This document shows positions 46,002-53,861 of a stretch of DNA of 64,000 bases, one piece after another. Source of the stretch: Clostridia bacterium (lineage in GTDB: Bacteria; Bacillota; Clostridia; Oscillospirales; CAG-272); assembly GCA_017508405.1 (NCBI GenBank), contig JAFVYY010000020.1, positions 529 to 64,528 of the forward strand, given 5' to 3'. The translations under genes were made by a program, and so were the position numbers. Under the pieces are notes generated by a model. The model was not told where the DNA came from. It saw only the letters and a list, made by a program, of their open reading frames with translations, and did not search any database. Positions within the stretch are counted from its first letter, which is position 1. Each line of letters opens with the position of its first letter.

Positions 46002-47096
46002 ATGGACGCACCAAAAATTAAAAAAGAATCAAAAAACAAGATCCGTGTGGACTTTGAAAGAGCTCCTCTTTGGGAAAGAGTCAAGGGAAAATATTTCTCT
46101 ATGAAATTTGTAAAGGATGTTGTTTACAAGATATTCAGATTAGTACTTCTTGTCGGTGTATGTTTTGTAATACTTTATCCGTACATTTCAAAGATTGCAG
46201 ACTCATTCAAGATATTCCCCGACTTTCAGGATGTAACGGTTATCTACATTTCGACTAATCCTACGTTGGAACAGTATAAGTATATTATTACAGAGAATGA
46301 CTATTTCTTAGCGTTGCTTAATACGTTCTTGGTTTCTGCTTCAACCGCATTTGTACAGACTCTCGTTTGTGCGCTTATCGGTTACGGTCTTGCAAAATTC
46401 AAGTTCAGAGGAAGAAATTTACTTTTCGCAATAGTTGTTCTTACTATGATGCTTCCTCAGGATCTTATAAGACTTCCTATGCAGAATATGTTCTGTCGTT
46501 TTGATACAGAGCATCCTATAGGAATACTTATCAATAAGCTGTTTGGAACACAGGTCAGATTCGGTGTTGGTAATAGTGAAACTTGGGTAAAATTCTCAGG
46601 ATTTATTCCTCACTACTTGCTCTCAATAACAGGATTTGGTTTTAGAAACGGTTTGTTTATATTCCTTTTAAGACAGTTCTTTACAGGCGTTCCCGACGAG
46701 CTTGAAGAATCTGCTTATATGGATGGATGTACAGCCTTCAGAACCTTCTTCCAGATTATCATTCCCATTGCTATTCCTATGCTTATTACAGTATTTATCT
46801 TCTCGTTCTCGTGGCAGTGGACAGATGACTTCTACATCAATACATTCTGGACATCAGCTCACTGGACAGGAGATAACTCTATTCCGCTTCTCAGCAGTGG
46901 TAACTTCGTTACTAAATTCCCAAGCCAGCTTACATCTATGTACGGCGGCTCGGATAAGGTTGTTGGTTGGGACGCATATGTTAACGCGGTTAGCGGAACA
47001 TCTACAATTCTTATCGCTTTACCCCTTATTATTGCTTTCATATTCTTGCAGAATAAGATCGTTCAGGGTATTGAACGAAGCGGTATTGTCGGCTAA
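46002..47096 (+). CDS. CUT1 carbohydrate ABC transporter permease (MalG-like), pair 2, with enlarged loops
   Basis: ESAYMDGCTAFRTFFQIIIPIAIP. 364 aa. AAGGAGGGG RBS. Confidence 0.85.
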   Translation: MDAPKIKKESKNKIRVDFERAPLWERVKGKYFSMKFVKDVVYKIFRLVLLVGVCFVILYPYISKIADSFKIFPDFQDVTVIYISTNPTLEQYKYIITENDYFLALLNTFLVSASTAFVQTLVCALIGYGLAKFKFRGRNLLFAIVVLTMMLPQDLIRLPMQNMFCRFDTEHPIGILINKLFGTQVRFGVGNSETWVKFSGFIPHYLLSITGFGFRNGLFIFLLRQFFTGVPDELEESAYMDGCTAFRTFFQIIIPIAIPMLITVFIFSFSWQWTDDFYINTFWTSAHWTGDNSIPLLSSGNFVTKFPSQLTSMYGGSDKVVGWDAYVNAVSGTSTILIALPLIIAFIFLQNKIVQGIERSGIVG

Positions 47097-47118
47097 TATA
47101 CAGTCTACAAAATTAAAA

Positions 47119-47145
47119 AGAGCTTGGTTTTCCAAGCTCTTTTTT
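47119..47145 (+). terminator. Rho-independent terminator of the seven-gene locus
   Basis: AGAGCTTGG (47119-47127) pairs with CCAAGCTCT (47132-47140), followed by TTTTT. Confidence 0.8.
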
Positions 47146-47275
47146 ATATTAAACATTTGTCATATAATAATGATAGGTAGAGATACATGTGCTGTTCCTG
47201 TTAAAAAGCTTCTCTAAGCGTAAAGACATATCAAATGTAAATCCGATCGAGTCCGATACCATATATCAATTTAAA

Positions 47276-47316
47276 AGAGCAAGAGTAAAAGGAGAAAATC
47301 CTTTTATTCTTGCTCT
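47276..47316. terminator. Long hairpin terminator downstream of asd (minus strand)
   Basis: 18-nt arms at 47276-47293 and 47299-47316 with one mismatch. T-rich sequence follows on both strands. Confidence 0.7.
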
Positions 47317-47383
47317 GTTTGATTTTATGGATTATCTACAACAAGCATTATGCCGTCATTGTAACTATATATCAATCGGTATA

Positions 47384-48385
47384 TTAGTCAATAAGCGCTT
47401 CTGCAATTTGTACAGCGTTAGTAGCAGCACCCTTACGAACCTGGTCGCCGCAGCACCAAAGTGTAATTGCGTTGTCGTGAACAAGATCTTCACGGATTCT
47501 TCCTACGAATACAAGATCCTGATCGGATGTTACGATAGGCATGGGATAAATCTTGTTTTCACCGTCATCATAAAGCTTACAGCCCTTTTCATTAGCGATA
47601 GCATTCTTAACGTCATTAACTGAAAGCTTATCCTCTGTAATAACAGTTACTGATATGGAGTGAGAACGAACAACGGGAACACGAACACAGGTACAAGTAA
47701 CCTTAAGCTCGGGTAAATGAAGGATCTTTCTTCCTTCGTTCTGCATCTTCATTTCTTCTGTGGTGTATCCGTTTTCATTAAATGATCCGATCTGAGGAAT
47801 AAGGTTAGCGGCAATCTGATGCTGGAAAACCTCTACGTTGATATCTCCGCCGTTTACCATAGCCTTCATCTGATCCATAAGCTCAACCGGACCTGCAGCG
47901 CCTGCTCCACTTGTCGCCTGATATGTGGAAGCAACCATGCCCTTGATCTTTGAAAGCTTATTGATTGCATTTACAGCTACAAGAGTAATGATTGTGGAGC
48001 AGTTGGGGTTGGAAATAATGCCTTTATTCTTTCTTGCGTCGTCAGCATTGATTTCAGGCACTACAAGGGGAACGTCATCATTCATGCGGAATGCGCTGGA
48101 GTTATCAATAAATACGGCGCCCGCCTTAACGATATGGGGAGCAAGCTCCTTTGCAAGAGCATTTGATGCAGCGCCAAGAACGAAATTCATTCCTTCGAAT
48201 GCGTCTGCGCAAGCTAACTGAACCTCGTATTCCTTACCGCAGTAGGATATTTTCTTACCTACGGAGCGAGCGCTCGCAAGGAGTCTTAATTCACCCATAG
48301 GGAAGTTTCTTTCTTCGAGAACCTTAAGCATTTCTCTGCCTACGGCGCCTGTTGCGCCGAGAATTGCAACATTATATTTTTTCAT
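47384..48385 (-). CDS. asd: Aspartate-semialdehyde dehydrogenase
   Basis: VAILGATGAVGREM, NPNCSTI, and the C-terminus GAATNAVQIAE. Confidence 0.93.
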   Translation of the reverse strand: MKKYNVAILGATGAVGREMLKVLEERNFPMGELRLLASARSVGKKISYCGKEYEVQLACADAFEGMNFVLGAASNALAKELAPHIVKAGAVFIDNSSAFRMNDDVPLVVPEINADDARKNKGIISNPNCSTIITLVAVNAINKLSKIKGMVASTYQATSGAGAAGPVELMDQMKAMVNGGDINVEVFQHQIAANLIPQIGSFNENGYTTEEMKMQNEGRKILHLPELKVTCTCVRVPVVRSHSISVTVITEDKLSVNDVKNAIANEKGCKLYDDGENKIYPMPIVTSDQDLVFVGRIREDLVHDNAITLWCCGDQVRKGAATNAVQIAEALID

Positions 48386-48406
48386 TTCTGTTTACCTCGT
48401 TTATAT

Positions 48407-49717
48407 TTAACTAAGCTCGTAAAGAACCTTAATTGCTTTAGCATAATCCGTGTCATTTACACCGATTATAATATTAATTTCGTCAGCGCCCTGCTCAATC
48501 ATTCTGATATTGATATCATTTTCGCCGAGAGCTGTAAAGATTCTGCCCGCAATACCGATATTATCAGCAAGCTTTCTGCCTACAATGGCGATAAGGCTGA
48601 CCTCGTTTACTATCTGTACGCTGTCAGGAGAAAGTCTATCGTTTATCTGTGAAATAAGGTCGTGGAGACAGCTTTCAATGGAGCTTGATGCTACAACAAT
48701 GGAGAAGCTATCAATACTGCTGGGGATGTGTTCAATAGAAATACCGAGATTTTCAAATACTTCAAGTGTTTTTCTTATATAACCGATCTCCTCATTCATT
48801 CTGCTCTTTGCGATAGTAATGATGGAGTAGTTTTTCTTACCGGAGATACCTGTAATAAAGTTTGTTCCCTTATCGTCGTCCTCAAAGCTTTCCATAATAA
48901 GAGTACCGGGAGCATTCATATCGTTTGTATTCTTTATGTAAAGAGGAATATTTTTGCTTCTTACAGGGAACACGGTTTCTTCGTGAAGAACCTCTGCGCC
49001 CATGTAGGAAAGCTCACGAAGCTCGCTGAAGGTTACTCTGTCAATGGGTCTGGGATTAGCTACGATTCTTGGGTCTACAGTCATAATTCCGGACACGTCT
49101 GTCCAGTTTTCATACATATCAGCATTGATTGCGGCTGCTGCGATGGCGCCTGTAATGTCTGAACCGCCGCGAGAGAATGTTTTGATACTTCCATCGGGAT
49201 TAACACCGTAGAAGCCGGGAATTACGATTCTTGAGTTCTCTTCAACAATGGCTGCAAGATTTTCATATGTTTTTTCAAAGTTAACCTTTCCATTGTATCC
49301 GAAAACAAGCCAATCAGCGCTATCTACGAATTTATAACCAAGATATTCAGCCATCAAACGCGCATTAAGATATTCACCTCTGGAAACGATGTAGTCAACA
49401 CTTGTTTTTTTGTTAAGATTAGCCTCAATATTTACAAGCTCCGTTTCGAGGTCCTGCTTGAGACCGCAGGAAGCATATATTTCGCGGTATCTGTCCTTGA
49501 TTTTTTCGAAAATGTCATTATATGGAGCGTTATACTTGATGTGAGCGTGGAGAATGTAGAGAAGGTCAGTTACCTTTGTATCTCCGCCAAATCTCTTACC
49601 GGGAGCGGATACAACCACAATAGCTCTTGAAGGATCCGCTTCAACAATTCTTTTAACCTTTGCAAATGACTCACCTGATGCTAAGGATGAGCCGCCGAAT
49701 TTTAATACCTTAATCAT
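48407..49717 (-). CDS. lysC: Aspartate kinase
   Basis: MIKVLKFGGSSLAS, SRGGSDITGA, and tandem ACT-like C-terminal regions. Confidence 0.9.
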   Translation of the reverse strand: MIKVLKFGGSSLASGESFAKVKRIVEADPSRAIVVVSAPGKRFGGDTKVTDLLYILHAHIKYNAPYNDIFEKIKDRYREIYASCGLKQDLETELVNIEANLNKKTSVDYIVSRGEYLNARLMAEYLGYKFVDSADWLVFGYNGKVNFEKTYENLAAIVEENSRIVIPGFYGVNPDGSIKTFSRGGSDITGAIAAAAINADMYENWTDVSGIMTVDPRIVANPRPIDRVTFSELRELSYMGAEVLHEETVFPVRSKNIPLYIKNTNDMNAPGTLIMESFEDDDKGTNFITGISGKKNYSIITIAKSRMNEEIGYIRKTLEVFENLGISIEHIPSSIDSFSIVVASSSIESCLHDLISQINDRLSPDSVQIVNEVSLIAIVGRKLADNIGIAGRIFTALGENDINIRMIEQGADEINIIIGVNDTDYAKAIKVLYELS

Positions 49718-49720
49718 AAT

Positions 49721-50866
49721 TTACTCCTCAATACCGGCAAAGAATGCGCCGTTGTCAACTGCAAAAACGTCTTTTGCAATCTCGTGGATATCCTTCACGC
49801 CGATTTTCTTCGTTAATATATAGTTTACGCCGTCAATGACTTCCTTGCTATCAACTATATCACAAGGAAGCTTTCCGGTTGTTCTTACGTAATATTTTCT
49901 TTTACACTCGTTATTGTTAACCGCAGCATCCTTTGTAGGATAGCAAAGAACTGTGTCTCCGTTCAAAATGTCAATAACGTCCTGAGCGAGGGAGTTGCCT
50001 GTAGGGTACTTACCTGCGCCCTGACCGTAGAAGGAAAGTCTGCCGACACCTTCGCCAAAGAGTGTGATCATGTTGAAATTTTTGAATACGTTCGCTTCAA
50101 GCTGATCGTATCCGAGAATTGTAGGTTCAACAAAAGTTGATACCGTATCACAATTTTTGATACCAAAACCCAAATAACGTACAGTTTTATTAAGCTTTGA
50201 TTTGATATAGTCAATATCGGACTTTTTGATATTGCGAAGTCCGAATACGTTTACGTTTTCTTCCTTTATTATAGTATCAAAGGCAATGGATGAGGAAATT
50301 GCGGTTTTTCTTGCTGTATCAAGACCGTCAATATCAGCGGAGGGATTAGCTTCCGCATAGCCGAGCGCCTGAGCCTCTTTAAGCACTTCATCAAAGTCAC
50401 GTGAATCGGTTATCATAGCATCAAGGATAAAATTGGTAGTGCCGTTCATAATACCCATAACCTTATTTATCTCGTCGCATCTTGTACCTCGCTTGAGATT
50501 ATAAAGCCAAGGGATACCGCCACCCGCAGAGGATGTGAATTTAATGGTTACTCCGTTTTCAATAGCTAATTTATGAAGCTCATCGTAATATGTGCATATC
50601 AAGTGCTTGTTGGAGCTTACAACGTGCTTACCCGCCTTCAGGGCTTTAACAACAAAGGTGTGGGCAGGCTCAAGACCGCCTATAGCCTCAGCAACAACAG
50701 TAATTTCATTGTCATTAAGTATATCGTCAAAATTGCTTGTGAGTTTATCCCCAAGGCTTTCGTGTTGACGGATATCGAGCACTTTTTTTACCTCATAGCC
50801 ATAATGGGTAAGGATTTCATATGCGCCTGAACCAACTACGCCAAAGCCTAAAATTGCTGTTTTCAT
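49721..50866 (-). CDS. hom: Homoserine dehydrogenase
   Basis: ILGFGVVGSG, NGTTNFILD and GYAEANPSADIDGLDTARK. Confidence 0.88.
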   Translation of the reverse strand: MKTAILGFGVVGSGAYEILTHYGYEVKKVLDIRQHESLGDKLTSNFDDILNDNEITVVAEAIGGLEPAHTFVVKALKAGKHVVSSNKHLICTYYDELHKLAIENGVTIKFTSSAGGGIPWLYNLKRGTRCDEINKVMGIMNGTTNFILDAMITDSRDFDEVLKEAQALGYAEANPSADIDGLDTARKTAISSSIAFDTIIKEENVNVFGLRNIKKSDIDYIKSKLNKTVRYLGFGIKNCDTVSTFVEPTILGYDQLEANVFKNFNMITLFGEGVGRLSFYGQGAGKYPTGNSLAQDVIDILNGDTVLCYPTKDAAVNNNECKRKYYVRTTGKLPCDIVDSKEVIDGVNYILTKKIGVKDIHEIAKDVFAVDNGAFFAGIEE

Positions 50867-50906
50867 AAAAAATTTACCTTTCCTTGTGTCTTTATTTCAA
50901 AAACAC

Positions 50907-50935
50907 TTGTATTTTGTTTGCAAATAGTGTATCAT
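50907..50935 (+). promoter_or_regulatory. Candidate sigma-A-type promoter for thrC-thrB-ACT
   Basis: TTGTAT (50907-50912), 17-nt spacer, TATCAT (50930-50935). Its -10 overlaps the -10 of the divergent hom promoter. Confidence 0.4.
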
Positions 50936-50954
50936 ATAAGAAATAAAAAATCAA
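50926..50954 (-). promoter_or_regulatory. Sigma-A-type promoter for hom-lysC-asd
   Basis: On the minus strand: TTGATT (50954-50949), 17-nt spacer, TACACT (50931-50926), preceded by TGa. Confidence 0.5.
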
Positions 50955-50969
50955 GGGGTATTTTAAAAA

Positions 50970-52466
50970 ATGTTTTATTTAAGTACAAGAAATGAAAAAA
51001 TAAGAAAAACTCCCGCCGAAGCTATCCTTCAGGGTATTGCAGATGACGGCGGATTATATATGCCGGAGTCCTTTGAATCGACCTCCTTTCCTATGGAAAG
51101 ACTTACTGAAATGAGCGGAAAGGAAATCTCTGCAAAGGTGCTTTCTCTTCTTTTTTCCGGAGATTCTATGTTCCCCGAGGACAGCGATAAGGAAGCTGCT
51201 TTTTTGAAGGCAGTTAAGAGAGGCTATGACGGAAAGTTTGATGACGAGGATTATGCTCCTCTTGCAAAGGTTGGCGATGCTTACGTTATGGAGCTTTATC
51301 ATGGACCCACATGCGCTTTCAAGGACGTTGCGCTTCAGCTTCTTCCTCAACTTGTTGCCGAGGCAAAGAGAGCTACTGAGATGAAAGAGGAAATTGTAAT
51401 TCTTACAGCCACAAGCGGCGATACCGGATCTGCGGCGCTTTCGGGCTTCTCAGATGTTGACGGTACAAAGATCATTGTATTTTATCCTAAGCACGGTATA
51501 AGCGCAGTACAGGAAAGACAGATGGTTTCCTGTAAGGGTAAAAACACCTGTGTTGTTGCTGTTGAGGGTAAATTTGATGATGCTCAGAGCGGAGTTAAGA
51601 ATATTTTTGCCACGCTTCAGCTTCCCGAGGGTGTTAAGCTCTCAAGTGCAAACTCTATTAATATAGGAAGACTTGCGCCTCAGGTTGCATACTATTTCAA
51701 GGCATATCGTGACTTGCTTATGGGTAATGAGATAAAGATGGGCGACAAGGTAAACTTTATTGTTCCTACAGGAAACTTCGGTGACATTTTGGCAGGATAT
51801 TTTGCTATGAATATGGGACTTCCCGTTGGCAAGCTTGTATGCGCTTCCAACGAAAATAAGGTTCTTACCGATTTCTTTGAAAAGGGCGTATATAACAAGA
51901 ACAGAGATTTCCACGTGACAAAATCTCCCTCTATGGATATTCTTATTTCCTCCAACCTTGAAAGACTTCTTTATCTTGTATGCGGTGCCGAAAAGTGCGC
52001 ATCTTACATGAAGGACCTCAAGGAAAACGGTGAATATAAGATTTCATCCGATGAGCTTGCAAAAATCAGAGCTATATTTGATGCCGGCTTTGCAGATGAT
52101 AAAACAACTCTTGACGTAATAAACAGCGTTTATGCTAAGCACGGATATATTATGGATACTCATACGGCAGTTGCTTGGAAGGTTTACGAGGATTGGGCTA
52201 AGGACAACGGAAACGGATACAAGAGTGTTGTTCTTTCAACCGCATCGGCTTATAAATTCTCCAACAGCGTTATGAACGCTATTGGTAAGGAGTACGATGA
52301 CGAATTTGATGCCCTTGAAAAGCTTCATAAGGAAACAGGAGCTAAGATCCCCGGTTCGCTTGTAGGAATCAAGGAAAAGCCTGTAGTACACAATAACGTA
52401 GTTAAAAAGGAAGATATGCTTACCTTTGTTGCTGATATGGTAGGTAAAAAGGAATGGATAAAATAA
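50970..52466 (+). CDS. thrC: Threonine synthase
   Basis: 498 aa. YLSTRN..., GGLYMP, and the PLP lysine context GPTCAFKDVALQ. Confidence 0.92.
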   Translation: MFYLSTRNEKIRKTPAEAILQGIADDGGLYMPESFESTSFPMERLTEMSGKEISAKVLSLLFSGDSMFPEDSDKEAAFLKAVKRGYDGKFDDEDYAPLAKVGDAYVMELYHGPTCAFKDVALQLLPQLVAEAKRATEMKEEIVILTATSGDTGSAALSGFSDVDGTKIIVFYPKHGISAVQERQMVSCKGKNTCVVAVEGKFDDAQSGVKNIFATLQLPEGVKLSSANSINIGRLAPQVAYYFKAYRDLLMGNEIKMGDKVNFIVPTGNFGDILAGYFAMNMGLPVGKLVCASNENKVLTDFFEKGVYNKNRDFHVTKSPSMDILISSNLERLLYLVCGAEKCASYMKDLKENGEYKISSDELAKIRAIFDAGFADDKTTLDVINSVYAKHGYIMDTHTAVAWKVYEDWAKDNGNGYKSVVLSTASAYKFSNSVMNAIGKEYDDEFDALEKLHKETGAKIPGSLVGIKEKPVVHNNVVKKEDMLTFVADMVGKKEWIK

Positions 52467-53332
52467 AAATAAAGGTTCCGGCTACGTCAGCTAATCTCGG
52501 CTCGGGATTTGACTGTATGGGAATAGCTTTTCAAAAATACAATGTTTTTGAATTTGAAAAAATTCCTTGCGGAGTAGAATTTGAGGGCTGTGATGAGAAA
52601 TATGCAAATATGAACAACTTATCATATGTTGCATATAAGACGGTTTGCGATAAGATAGGGGCAAAGCCCTATGTTAAGATCACGGAGATTGATATTGACG
52701 TTCCGGTATCACGTGGACTTGGCTCATCGGCTACTCTTATTGTGGCGGGAGCAATTGCTGCAAACGAGTTGAATGGCAGAAGGCTGACAAAGGAGCAGAT
52801 ATTTGCCATTTGCAACGATATAGAGGGTCATCCGGATAATATTGCGGCGGCTATCTACGGCGGATTATGTGCGTCTGTTGTGATAGACGGAACACCGATC
52901 ACAGTTAAATATCCCGTAAGTGACGAAATATATTTTACTGCAGTTGTGCCGGATTTTGAGGTTAGCACAAGAGATGCAAGATCGACGCTGCCTGCTCAAA
53001 TAAATTACAGTGATGCTATATTTAACTTGTCAAGGACGGCGATTCTGCCCCACGCTCTTGAAAGTGCAAATTTTCCTCTGATTAAAATTGCTACACAGGA
53101 TAAAATTCACGAAAGATATAAGCGTTGTCTGTTCCGAAACATTTCGGAAATTGAGACCTTGGCGTACGAATGCGGAGCGGTGGCATTTTTGATAAGCGGT
53201 GCGGGCTCTACCTGCCTTTGTATTTCGGACAAGCCAATATATAATGAGCTTAATGAGAAAATAAGCAGACTTGAAAATAATTGGAAGGCTTTTTCGCTGA
53301 CAGTTGACGGTGAGGGAGCAAGAGAGGCTTAA
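52454..53332 (+). CDS. thrB: Homoserine kinase
   Basis: KVPATSANLGSGFDCMG and GLGSSAT. Overlaps the thrC end by 13 nt. Confidence 0.92.
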   Translation: MDKIKIKVPATSANLGSGFDCMGIAFQKYNVFEFEKIPCGVEFEGCDEKYANMNNLSYVAYKTVCDKIGAKPYVKITEIDIDVPVSRGLGSSATLIVAGAIAANELNGRRLTKEQIFAICNDIEGHPDNIAAAIYGGLCASVVIDGTPITVKYPVSDEIYFTAVVPDFEVSTRDARSTLPAQINYSDAIFNLSRTAILPHALESANFPLIKIATQDKIHERYKRCLFRNISEIETLAYECGAVAFLISGAGSTCLCISDKPIYNELNEKISRLENNWKAFSLTVDGEGAREA

Positions 53333-53333
53333 T

Positions 53334-53774
53334 ATGCATAGTAAATATTTACTTGTTGATAAAAGCATTCTTCCGGACTATTACGAAAAGGTAATAGAAG
53401 CAAGAACTCTTTTGTCAAGCGGAAAAATAAACGACGTCAGCGAAGCTGTCAAGGTCGTGGGCATTTCGAGAAGTACATACTACAAATATAAGGATTACGT
53501 TTTTGCTCTTAATGAGGATACCGGATGTCGTAAAGCGGTTATTTCATTTACTTTATCCCACAAAGCAGGTATTCTCGGTGAGGTTATAGGTAAGCTTTCA
53601 GAGCTTGGGGCTAATATTCTTACAATAACACAGAATATGCCGATTAACTCCCGTGCCCACGTGGTGGTTTCTCTTGATATTTCCTGCCTTGAGGTTAACA
53701 GACCTGAGGAGCTTATTTCAATTCTTAACAGCGTTGACGGAGTAACGGGAACTAAGCTTATTTCAATAGAATAA
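53334..53774 (+). CDS. ACT domain protein (UPF0735 / PheB-like)
   Basis: The ATG at 53334 lies 1 nt after the thrB stop. MHSKYLLVDKSILPDYYEKVIEARTLL...ISRSTYYKYKDYVF is followed by an ACT fold region. The track start at 53304 lies inside thrB. Confidence 0.8.
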   Translation: MHSKYLLVDKSILPDYYEKVIEARTLLSSGKINDVSEAVKVVGISRSTYYKYKDYVFALNEDTGCRKAVISFTLSHKAGILGEVIGKLSELGANILTITQNMPINSRAHVVVSLDISCLEVNRPEELISILNSVDGVTGTKLISIE

Positions 53775-53789
53775 AACGTTAAAAATAAA

Positions 53790-53824
53790 AGAGTCGACTT
53801 GGAATTTACAAGTCGACTCTTTTT
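53790..53824. terminator. Bidirectional rho-independent terminator
   Basis: AGAGTCGACTTG (53790-53801) pairs with CAAGTCGACTCT (53809-53820). An A-run lies before it and TTTT after. Confidence 0.85.
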
Positions 53825-53861
53825 ATACTTATGAGAAGTGGTCTTTTATGATATACAGTTA

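Noticed and set aside
47189-47623. 144-aa plus-strand ORF spanning the intergenic region and the 3' end of asd
   Set aside because: It runs through the 47276-47316 terminator hairpin and then antisense into asd. It has no RBS and an implausible composition.
50867-50969. Lysine riboswitch, T-box or threonine attenuator upstream of hom-lysC-asd or thrC
   Set aside because: The whole intergenic region is 103 bp and is filled by two promoters and RBSs. There is no room for these elements and none of their conserved cores is visible.
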